A stretch of 53,506 bases of DNA, the filler included, from Sphacelaria rigidula (taxonomy: Eukaryota), in NCBI GenBank assembly GCA_964200075.2. It is 5 parts of 5 records of this genome, joined end to end, with 100 filler letters (N's around TTAATTAATTAA, not from the genome) between each part and the next. Parts side by side here need not be neighbours in the genome. Positions count along the whole stretch, not along the records: positions 1 to 10,622 come from CAXNAA020006180.1; positions 10,723 to 21,343 come from CAXNAA020006181.1; 3 more parts are not named here. One strand, given 5' to 3'. Below are positions 1 to 11,414 of this stretch, in pieces (within the stretch, counting starts at the first letter, position 1; each line of letters opens with the position of its first letter). The notes below the pieces were generated by a model, which did not search any database, was not told where the DNA came from, and was given only the letters and a program-made list of their open reading frames with translations. The position numbers were made by a program, and so were the translations under genes.

Positions 1-1764
1 GGGGGAGAGATGAGTTGATCCCTTGAGACCACGGACTCATCCCGAGGAAGGGGAGGGATTCAAAGTGTGAGGAAAAAAAAGGGGGGGGGGACGACACCAA
101 CTCTTTCCCCTTCAACAATATTGGCGCGGGAAAAGACTGCTTGCACACAGGAATCGTGCAGGTAACGCCGTACAGTACGGTAGATACCGCCCGTGCGCAG
201 ATGGGTCTGGGGGGGTCCGACAGTTCATTTTCTAGCGGTAGTACCCAGGGGGTGATGATGTATAAGGTACCCAAGTACTGTCTGTCTTGCTGTATTACTA
301 TCATACAGACCTGATACCAAACATAGCCGATGCCTTATCACCCGGGGGTGGTATACAGGGGGTGATACCTAATATATATGGTTGTTATAGTGTGTCACCT
401 ACGGCATGAGTGGCATGTGTGGACGACGGCGAGCTGATGGACAGGATGGACGATATACACTTGCAGATACAAACAGGCAGTTATGTCAGTGAGTCGTTTT
501 TCAGACGGTATCTAAAGGTAACGTACATGTATATATTTGATGAGAGAGTGTAAAGCCACACAACTGGTGCACAGCTTGTGCCGCACCCCGCGCTTGCTGA
601 CATGCGTGGCTCACTTCTGCAACCGCGGAGCATTTCGCAGGCCATTAGCTCGTTATTTTTCGTTCTCATTAAATTACACATCGTCCACGTTTTCTTCTTG
701 ATTTTACACTGTATTGGTGGATGAATGAAATAATCTAAAAAAAACAGTGTCCACATTTTTGTTGTATTCCCCATACCTTGGCGACGGGGATATACGAAGA
801 TATATTGCAGGCGGGCATGAGGGGCTGCAAACCATCGTCCCCTCGGGCCGGTCCTCGAACCCTCTTGCCCAGGTCCCCTCAACTTCGCTGTTTGTGCCCG
901 TCGAAGGAGGATGTTCTGCTTCTGGAATGGCTTTTCCGGCAAAGGATGGTCTTTGAAGATCCCCTGCTTTCTGAGCAAGAGGTGATCGTGGACGATCCCC
1001 TGTTTTGGGGGGAAGGGGTGCTTCTCGACGATCCGATGATTTGCCTGCGGCGGTGATTGGGAGGAGGGGAAGGGGGAGGGTGTACTCATGATATTGCATG
1101 CCATAGTCATCACACCATTGACCTCGCATCCCTACAANNNNNNNNNNGCACGCCGGGTTTTCGCCGGACCAGCCTCCCACTCAATCACCAAGCGCGAAGC
1201 GCCGTGGTGTGTTCGGTGAGGGGCATGAAGGGTGAGTTGCATCCTGCTGCGGTTGTACGGCCCGAAGCCTACTCATTATCTTCCGCATTTGGATGACAGC
1301 CTGCAATAAGTTGCTTCATTTTCTGGTATTCCCCCTTCCAGAGAGGGGAGGGAAGGAGGGGGAGCGGGATGTGCGCACGTGCAATACGTCACACACGAAT
1401 TGTGAATACGGCAATACCCGCACAGTACACAGCAGGAGCATTGAGCAAAACAAGTACACTAACACGCGCGGCGGGCAGTTTCACTTCTTCCAGATCAGCG
1501 CCGTATTTCACACCCGCGGTCGAAGGATACGCAATATCTCAAACGCAAAAAACATTGACTTGGGAACATACACCGGCCTTTGGTTGTGATGTAAAGAACG
1601 CTCTCAATGAAATAAAAACGCAAGCACGGTGAGGGGAGTGTGGAACATGCGCGAGCAAAATAATGATCATGATGTGAAGATGGAGGATTTTCTCCATTGT
1701 AGGGGGAGGAGGGAGTACGTTTGTGTTGAATTCTCTGTGTACTTCAAGAGAACTTTCGTGATTT

Positions 1765-2012
1765 TTCTTATTATTCTTATTGTTACTATCATTTTTATTT
1801 TCATTATTATTATTATCATCATCATCACCACCATCATTGTTACTGCTATGACTATTACCATCGCTACTACTATTACAATTATCATTATAATATATTATTG
1901 ATATCACTGCTGCTGCTGCTGCTGCTACTCGTACTCGTACTACTACTACTATAACTATTTGGTATTATCATCATTATCATTATTATCATCATTATCATTA
2001 TCATTATTATTA

Positions 2013-2073
<61 letters not shown>

Positions 2074-2315
2074 CATCATAATCACCATTATTTTACCATC
2101 ATTATTATTTTATTATGATTGTGATTGTGATTGTTATTGTTATTGTTATTGTTATTGTTATCAACATTATCATTATCATCACTATTTGTTATTATTATCA
2201 TTATTTCTTCTTATCCTTGTTATCATCACTATTATCGTTACTATCACTACTTTTCCTGTTATTATCACTACTATCATTATCATTATCATTATCATTATCA
2301 TTGTCGTTATCGTGA
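1765..2315. repeat. Compound (ATT/ATC/ACT/GCT)n trinucleotide microsatellite
   Basis: Directly visible; it produces spurious poly-I/L/S ORFs. Confidence 0.97.
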
Positions 2316-2914
2316 TTACGAACTCTTCACATTAGTCCCATCTTTCGAACACGTGGTCACAGACATAGGTAAGCTCGCCTTTTCAATACCAACGTGGTAC
2401 TGGTCAGCAAACACTTACGATCAGCCTTTGGAGTTGAAGCATTAACTGATCCATGTGTATGTCTACTTGCGTGGATCTAATCTTTAATGCCACTCCGACG
2501 AAACGTCTTTTCGAATCCAAGGTGTAGTTCATATGGTTGAGGGTTTTTACTAGTAGCAGATGTTATCAGTAAAATTGCGTGCGTACTCCGTACAAAGTTT
2601 GAAATGACTTCACCGTTCGATTGAATGACTGTTAAGTGCATGGCGAAGAATACTAGAAGGAGCAGTAAGTGGCTTTAAGGGATATACGTTGTTAGGCGCG
2701 TGCGAGTAGTGTTCTGTATCCAAAACGCCAGAATGAGAACATGTTTCGATTAACAGCTTCTTAGTCTACCGTTATCCAGCGAGTATTTCTGTTCTCTTAC
2801 ATATGTCTTAAGGACGTCCATCTTGACCACGGCTGGAAACGAAGCGGGTCACTTGAATGTACGACAAACGATCAATCAATAATCCACAGATTTCCAATAT
2901 GACACATCTGCCCC

Positions 2915-2990
2915 AGATCCACAGGTCTACCGAAGATACACGGGTATACCGCAGATACACAAGTCTACCGTAGATACACAGGTCTATCCC
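2915..2990. repeat. 19-bp minisatellite, 4 units
   Basis: The units are agatccacaggtctaccga, agatacacgggtataccgc, agatacacaagtctaccgt and agatacacaggtctatccc. Confidence 0.85.
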
Positions 2991-5900
2991 AAATTCACAT
3001 ACCAGGTTTGGCCTTCCCTCCTTTAGTCTTGGTTGACTTCCCATCTCCCGCCGCCGAGTCAGCCTCAGGTGCAAGTGCTGGCACGTATAAAGCGGCGTCG
3101 GCCGTGTTCCGTTTTTTCGGGGCAGGGGACACCGAGACGAGAGTATTGACAAAGCCAATGAAGCGTCAACATCATTATTACAGCAATTTAATACCGAACA
3201 TCAGGAATTGCTGGTGGTGGTGCATACCTACAAAAGGTAAAAACCCTCAAAGTAGACAACTGTGAAGTCAGTTTCAAGATACACAAAGAGCGCGAGTTCG
3301 ACATAACATACGGCGACATTACAGCCAGCTGTATCATAGCAACAAAGTAGATAAGCATCAATCATTTTTGATAATTGAATGTATATGCTGCCGCACCCCG
3401 ATGATCAAATGGTACATCAATAGCTAATTAAGGCGGAAGACTGGGGGTCTGAAGCCCCACATATATGGTTTCGATAAGGTTCAAGAGGATACCTTCTTCT
3501 TGAGTAAACGTCGGAGTCGGGTGTGTGGAGATGGAAGGGCGGGAGCAGGAGTCTGCCCCCTATGTTGGAGACCAGTTCATTTTTACGGCAAAGCAAGGAG
3601 AAGTAGTCCAGTAGATGACGAGTTGGCATGTTACGCACGAACACAAGTCTACTGGAGAATGCCTTTACGAACTCCTTTCCCCACGAGACTGTAATTTGAT
3701 CCCTGCTTCGTTTCAGCACTCCCGCACCTACCCCTTATCCTGGGGTGGTAGGAAGGGGGTGTTGAGATTGTATGAGGTATCTGACCAAGATGGCTACTAG
3801 TAACGAGGCGGAGTTTACACAGTGGGACGGTGGGTTCGAGTGTAATGTTCGCGCAGTTGATGAAAAATGAGCTACGCGAGGGTTACGCATATTTATTCTA
3901 GTGTATGTTCCCACGGCTGCCGTGAGTAACCAAGGTATGCCGCAAGCTGATGAGAGTGAGATGTTAAAAAAACACATCAGACAAACGTCATACATATCCG
4001 AGTCGTTGATACCAGGACAGAACAGGATAGGGTAGATGATATGGTACCTTTAGTGGGTATCTATTGAAGTAATTCCTGCCGCATTTGGCAGTAGCACGGT
4101 GGAATCGTTATGATTCGCTCCCCGAAACCCACTCAAGGAAGGAAAAAAACACTAGAAGGTAACAGGCAACTAAACGATGGATGAATCCAGAGTTCCAGAC
4201 ACCCACGTGTTTCGGTGAGGCGTCAGCCCGGAAACAACAACAGCAACGACGACGACGACAGCGATAACAGCGACGGCAAATGCCTTTTCACACTAGCAAT
4301 ACAATTTCCCAGTCAATATTCATCAAACCCAACGGGAAAAAAAGCGTTACAACGAGAAAACGTATGCTCAAATTGCGACCGTTATCACCGGAAAAGAAGA
4401 AAGAAAACGAAACAGCGGGGATTATCTATAAACAACTGTCTACCGACCGTATCCTATCGGTGCTGCTCCCTGCAAACGCGAGTTGGGGCACCTTCAACGT
4501 GGTCAAAACAATAAAAAAAATCGTGGCAATTTTGTTTCCGCGCTGAGTGACACAGGATGCCTCCGGCATTGACTTGGCTGCTTGTTGGAGTTTTGCCATG
4601 CCGTGCTGTGAGGAGGGGGCGCGTTGAGTCGTGAGAAATCATCTCCAAATCTGGGGTTTGTTGGAAGTGGTGCTTGAAGACCCGCACTTTTTCTGCCCTG
4701 TAAAGACGATATAGTGATACACAGCTGAATTAGGGGATCTTTGTAATTCGTTCGTAGTCGGCGATTTTCAATGGTTTTATCGCATGCCACTGCCCCTCCC
4801 AGTGATCGTTCGATCGGAACGTTTGGGGATCGGGAGATACTATGCATCCGCTCCATCTTCCGAAACAAAAATCATCTCTGCATTCAAAATTGAACGAATT
4901 CCAGTAACAGAGCTCTGCGCACCCCGAGGTATGGTCCTGCCACAGCCAGCGGCGCATTCCTGACACATGAAGTCCCCACCGCTTACTTATAGGCTCTGGC
5001 ATCACGTGTTGACAGGGAAGGTCATACCACCGGGGGCTCGTTTGCATAGCACACCGGGGTGCATGATCGTTTCAAAGCACGATTGACTGTGGACAGGTAA
5101 ACACAGGAACTGAAGAATCGGGCAGACAGTAGCCTCGGAGCACCCCTTCGCAGGCCGACAGGTACAGGCAAACATCAGCTACTTATGATGGAACTATGAT
5201 GACAAGCCCCCCGGGTCCCGGTAGTCTACTTAGTACTACTGAAGCCACTCCGTCGGATGAACGCGGATTCGATTCTCGACCGATGAATTTGGGCTTCGTG
5301 GTGATAAGCGTCTGACTACCGTCGTTGAAACGCGAGGACATGGGTAGCAAAGAAAGCGTGTTGGACGAGAGTTGACGCGCTGTAGGAGGGCCAATCTGAT
5401 CCTCGAGACCAAAGTTCAAGGCGTGTATAGGGAGGGGCAGAGATGGATTTTGATCACTTGAGACTGCGGACATATGCCGAGAAAGGGGGAGGGTTAAAAA
5501 TGTGACAATGAAAAAAGACGATTCATCGTTGAATTCACTGCTCGCGTGACGTGCTATCAGAGGGAGAGTAGCCCAAAAATTCGAGGTGTGGGGGATCGCT
5601 TCACAACTGTACAGTAAAGTATAGTCCATTCTTGCCCCCACGCAATGAATTTCTGTTTTTCTCAAAGGATCAAAAAGACGAAAGGAGACTGAGCATACAA
5701 ATCTTGACTAGAACACCGAAAGTTAACACCAATGTAGAGGCTAGGAGCCCTCGGCTTGGACTACGGGGTGTTATAATAAACTATCGAACCCCCACTGAGA
5801 CTTTCAAGGGCTCCTGCAGTGTAGACAACACACGGGGAGAGGTCACATTGTGGGAAGTAACGACGAGCAGTTTATGTGGGTGGTACAACGACGGTATACC

Positions 5901-6295
5901 TGATCAGACTAAGGTACTCGTTGCGATAAAGCTAAAAGAGATCACGTTTCCCCTCGAAATTGTCCAATTATTGAAATCGTAGAGGTTCTATGTGCCCCGC
6001 ATGTGTATGTTAGTGTCCATATTCTGGTATCATCGATGCCATCAGAACGTGTTTTTTCTCAAATACGTTCAACGAAACTACAGAAACTTGCCGAGTCACA
6101 AAGGATCTACCATTAAAGAATCACTTCGGGGCGAATGGGCTTCTACCCTTCAAGAGCCGCAAGGGCGTGCTCTACGCGCTCATGACTTGGTAGTATGCGT
6201 TCTATTGTATTCAAATACAGAACGCACACGTACTACGATTCAAGGCCATTGTTGTGCCGCGCCACGGTGGTCCCGTTGGTACAGCTGACACCAAC

Positions 6296-6800
6296 TGATT
6301 TTGACTTCGATTTTATTTGATTGTCACCCTTTAACTGATCCTGAGGGATCCAGCCGTGATCACATGATACATGTACCCGACACGAAAACAAAGCTGAAAC
6401 ACTCGCTGACGAGAAGTGAAGGAAACAAAAACGTCAGAACAGGCAAACAGAGTAGACTAAGAAAAGAAAAAAATAAAAGAAAACAAGACAAAACAAGGCA
6501 GAAGAAGAGAAAGAAGAGAAAAAAGGAGACTGGTGAGCCAATCAAGCCGAAAGGATGCCGGTTCGACTGCCGGCAGCCGATATTGGGCTTGTTTTAAAAA
6601 AGGATCTGACTTGCGTCAATCAAACCATGAGAAAATTAATAGCGAACACAGCTCATCCGACGAGAGTCTCCGCGGTGGGGGAGTGCTGATACCAAAATGC
6701 AAAAATGTGTAACACACCGCAGGGGGGATATGGATTGGTATCCCTTGAGACCATGGACTCATCCTGAGGACGGGGAATGGTAAAATCTGCAATAATATAA
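6296..6800 (-). mobile_element. LINE/SINE 3'-end copy
   Basis: It shares the ttaactgatc..gatccagccgtg..catgata..gtacccga.ac.aaa block with 19055-19150. 6720-6790 also matches positions 1-70. Confidence 0.65.
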
Positions 6801-7233
6801 GAAAGAAATGTGAGCAAAAAAACAGAAGGCACCTCTAGTGCTACGTAGCTTAGAATGCCCAAAAGTCGGGCAGAGAGTCTCCCCGTCGTGGCCAGGCCGC
6901 ATTATCTCCTGAGGCTCACGAATCAGTGTAAATGACTCACGCTAAGAATACTCTCAGCATAAATGCTATATTGTACCCTATTTTACTCACATTAATGTTA
7001 CATAGTACCCTATTTTGTTCACGTTCATGTTGTAAGGTACCCCACTTTCTTCATGTGTAACCCCTATATATTCACGTACATACCCTTTTTTGTTCAAGGG
7101 TGATCTCACTGCGAACTCCGCAGAGGACACCCCAAACAACCTTAGACACACCCCCATTTTGTCAATCTACACCTTACTGAGAAAACTGGAAGCAGTAGCA
7201 TGTCCTGCACACCATGTTACCAATGATCGCTTA

Positions 7234-7650
7234 CCCTAGCGATATACAGAGGGGTAAAAGATCACGAACGGTACAGGTAAAACTCACCTCTCTTCCAGTG
7301 GCATTGAACATCGGCCGAGTACGGTTTGTCGAGTTTCGTCAGAGCTGTGACGACCATGCCCCCGGCTTGCTCCACGTCGGCATACGTCACCCACCGACAC
7401 GCCGGGGTGGGGAGCGGTGGAAATGATTGTGCTGGTGGCGATGATGGGGCAGTTGCTGCCCCTGTTTCTGCTGCTACTGCTGCTGCTGCCATATTTGATG
7501 GAGCCGTTACTGTGGATCCCTACAATATAAACAAAACAGAGGAGAAGTGAACAATAAATGTACATGTTCGGAGGGATTACGTTGGTGAGAGATCCTGGTT
7601 GTTGCTATTGCTGCTGCTGCCAGAATTTCTGTTGTTGTTAATATGGATCC
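7234..7650 (-). pseudogene. Relic exons with very short introns (~52-68 nt)
   Basis: Exon 7519-7288 (ttgtag / AG|gtgagt) reads GSTVTAPSNMAAAA..PACRWVTYADVEQAGGMVVTALTKLDKPYSADVQCHWKR. The paralogous exon 7650-7581 is one nucleotide out of phase. Confidence 0.45.
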
Positions 7651-10622
7651 CTGTAGAAATGAAAAGAGAAGGAGAGCTGGAAAAACAAATGTACGTGCCT
7701 TCGGAGGAATTTAGGTACGTGAGAAAATCTGAACGTATATCGGGCGCTATAAAAGTGGCACTTTGGTCACTACTTGTCCTTGGGTACTCGCCATCATCCG
7801 TTGTCATCCATGTGTTTTTTCATCATTTATCTCTTCAATTTTGTTTTTACTCTATCCTTTGAGCGATCTTCCTTCATCGTTGAGCACTTTCCATTTGATT
7901 TCCATATTGATACCGGCTGTCTTCAGCATCGTTTCCTTTGCCACTCGACCACTCTTGGTTTCGTCGGAAACAATTTCAGATCGCCTTTAAACACGTCGTC
8001 ATCATCCTCAAACAGATGTTCGTTCGGTCAGATGTCCCTTTCACTTCTCCGATCAGTTCCTTTCACGTATGATCAGGCGACTTCCATTCGTTTTTGACCA
8101 CTTTTTTGTTCGAAGTTCATTTTCATTTTGTGTTGCAAGTCACACCAATCAGTTGAAACCATATTTCATGTTAGGTTGAACACCTCATGTGCCTGTCCAT
8201 GCCTGTCCATGCCTTTCCTGTATCCTTGCGCAGTTCTTGTCGTAAAATAAACGAAACTCTGTTTTGCAAGTACCCTTTCAGTTTTTCTTGAAATGAAGAG
8301 ACCCATTTCCTTCGCCCTTTAACGGTTTTACTCCTGTCTCGAATTCGTTTCTCCTCGTGATCGAGTACCTTTTATCCGTCTTTGGATACTTTCCTATTCA
8401 TCCTCCTATGCCTTGCACTTGTCCTTCGAAGCCCTCCTATCGGACTGGAGAAGACGTTTTACCCACAAAATCCTGGCGGCCGATAGCTAAAAAGGCGTTC
8501 CAAGGGCCCCTGCCGCAAAAGCCGTATATTGTTTTTGCCTGTCATAGACCAACCTTGGCCAACACTTGCGTTTACTGGGAATCCAAGAGTAACCATTTTG
8601 GGCACTATATTGAAACAGGGACACATTTCAGTTGTACCGTTGTGCATGCAGGCAGCCTCCCCACGACTATTCTGCACTGGGGTATTTGAACTGACTTGGG
8701 ATTTGCTGTGATGCATCGACGAATTTGAATTTTTCAGTCAAACACCATATTTTTCATACTTCAAAGTACTCATCTCTCTGCAGTGTTCTCGCTCTGGAAG
8801 TATACAACAATACATGCAAACTGCCATGGATTCCAAGCTGTTTCCGACGATATTCATCTGCCATCGTAGGATCTTCCCCATTTTGAACCCCCCTTACATT
8901 TCAAGTGACAAACGGACATCTATTCATTAACACGTGACTCGTAAGGTTCTGAACCTAGCATACACACGATGAAGTTCCCCGAAACCACAAACAAATGTGG
9001 CAGCGATATTTACCCAATGGCGTGGCCACTGAACTACACGTGGTGAACAACTCAAATTACTGTGCATCACACCCGACGGATGGAACACAAGAGTAGATCA
9101 TGACGAATGGAGCTGCACAAGAATATGGATAAGGACATTCCCGTTTTAAAATACATTCGAGATATCTCTAGTTCATCGGAATTCTCATCGCGGCATGCTC
9201 TCACACATTTCAATTGTCGTTTTTTTGCTAACATGAAGGGCTCCTGACAGTTCAAACCTGAAACATTTTTGTTGCATCCATACGGTGGCGCAACCCCCAT
9301 GTGGTACGTTACGTGACTGCTAAGGAGTGTCAGTGATGCACATTAGCGCTGCCGAAATTAAGTGAAAGTCCAAGCGGCCGGGAAGTTGCTGGTATTCTGG
9401 TTGCTCAGATCGAAATGTTTACAGCCGACCGGTCGGAAACCCTTCAGATGTTTATACTTTCACGAGAACGGAATCGACGTTCCATAAGTCAACTGTTCAT
9501 TTTGCTGTTACCGAAGCTTACAGAATCCCACCTCCATCTCCACCGTGCTCTTGGTGCAGGAATCGGACCCTACATCCGCAGCCTCCCATCTCAACAGGAA
9601 TCCACACCCCGCTGCGGGTACTGCTTCCGCGGGCTCAAAACCTTCTTTAGGAGTTTCGACGAAGATTGCGGTGTCCGATTCAGGGCTTTCGGCAGATGTG
9701 GAGGCGCAGGACGGGCGTACGGCCAACACTGGAAAAAGCGGTTCTCCCGGCATGCATATCATGTACACCTGATGAGGGTATATGAAGAAGGTGGCAGTAG
9801 CAACACGAGGGGGGTGTTTTTATGATCCTGCATGCCGTAGTCTTATGACCTTGCATCCCTACAATGCCGGAACGGAGCACGCCGGGTTTTCGCCGGACCA
9901 GGCTCGGAGGGGGGGGGGGGAAAGTTCCTCAAACGAGTACGAGAAGGACCGGGGAAACGCGAGCGAGACCTGCTCATCATTCCGGGCGCATTTTTCGATG
10001 TCCCACTCGTCGTACGTGCTGCCCCAACTCAACCTTACTCCTAACTCGGGCCCTGACCCCAACGAAGATGCGGGGACCTCCGGGAAACGCGGGATCCTTT
10101 TTTCCTGCGCGTGTACACCGGTAGGCGCGCAGTATTTTGCACCCAGCTAAGCGCGCGGCGCTTCGCAAACTACGTCACGGAGAGCGTTGTGGTACGCTGG
10201 CTGGCACCGGGGCCGAATAACCCTTCTTTACAGCGGCTGGGTATGGTCCCGGTTCCAGGGAAGCCATACTTGTACTAGATTTAGTCATTTGATGTGATTA
10301 ATCATCGCACATTATGCGAATATCAAGTAAGCGGTTTCCGACTATACGGATTCGAGACGGTACGTGCGAGGCTGTATATGGTACTGAAGTCACCACACGG
10401 GGTACATATTTGACCCACTTCGCAGGATTCATGATCTTTTGATTGGAGAAAAGCAGCCTGAAACCATGAAATTTTCCAAGGAGTGTGGCGTTTCATTTCA
10501 TGTTTGCCGTGTTTAGTCGAGAGTAGTCTCACGATAGAGTGGGGGGGGGGGGGGGGGGGGGGGGGGGGAGACAGAAATTATAAAAAAAAGAAGACAAGAG
10601 CCGAGAACGCACAAGCAGCACA

Positions 10623-10722
10623 NNNNNNNNNNNNNNNNNNNNNNNNNNNNNNNNNNNNNNNNNNNNTTAATTAATTAANNNNNNNNNNNNNNNNNNNNNN
10701 NNNNNNNNNNNNNNNNNNNNNN
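10623..10722. other. Assembly gap spacer (also at 21344-21443, 32065-32164 and 42786-42885)
   Basis: An identical N44-TTAATTAATTAA-N44 linker (stops in all six frames) occurs four times. Confidence 0.98.
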
Positions 10723-11414
10723 TAAGATTGTTCGGCCCGAGGCCTACTGATTATCTTGCATTTGGATGACAGCCTCCAATGAGTTGCTTTATTTTGGGGT
10801 ATCGCCACTGCCCGAGACAGTCACGGTTTTTACACTGCCTCATGGGTGTCTCACCATGAGTGTTTGAGGGGGTGGGGGGACACCCAGCCTGCTGTCCTAG
10901 TTTATTGCCGAGGCGTTGGCGGATGTGGTCAGCTGCTGTGTGCAGGGAGGATGCAATCATCTGCAGTGTACTGACATCCTTGGCATGGAGACTGCTGACA
11001 TGACGGACACACCGCTCCTCCAAGCCCATCACCTACCATGATTAGATTTATGGGATCATGTTCCGTGTCGTGAGCCTCGACTACCCACCACTAGTCCGGG
11101 AATATTTGGCCAGGTGTGAGATAATGTTGCTACTTTGGCTATAGGCTGTTGCTACCGTGCGCTTGTGTGTTGTACATAGATGTGTGTGAGCGTTGCCGGC
11201 ATCCGAGGTCATCGGGACACGGCGGGCAAGGAGCAAAAGCAGATATACGAGCCTCGCAAAGCCTGCCAGACTTTTCGGCTTTTGTCGGTATTCGTTGATC
11301 AATTCATTTCAGCAATATCGACGAAAAAGAAAAACATGACAATTTTCGGAAAATTGCCCTCCGGGAAGGGGGGGGGGGGGGGCTCCGTGTCCGAAAACAT
11401 TTCCTCGACAAATT

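Noticed and set aside
1539-2445. ORFs rich in poly-I/N/L/S
   Set aside because: They are translations of a trinucleotide microsatellite.
3005-3150. Minus-strand exon-like stretch ending at a G|GTATGT donor (SPAPKKRN..GGKAKP)
   Set aside because: There is an in-frame stop upstream before any good acceptor, and no partner exon was found.
5183-5982. Long ORFs 5183-5665 and 5632-5982; similarly 16081-16586 and 47885-48459
   Set aside because: There is no recognisable motif or consistent splice structure. They may be decayed TE interiors, but I cannot support that.
10241-10278. Hairpin gtatgg..ccc..ggg..ccatac followed by CTAG, a possible Helitron 3' end
   Set aside because: The stem is imperfect, CTAG is not followed by T, and no 5' TC end or second copy was identified.
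10623-10722. Recurrent TTAATTAATTAA motif (4 copies)
   Set aside because: It is always centred in N44 blocks, so it is a scaffolding linker and not biology.
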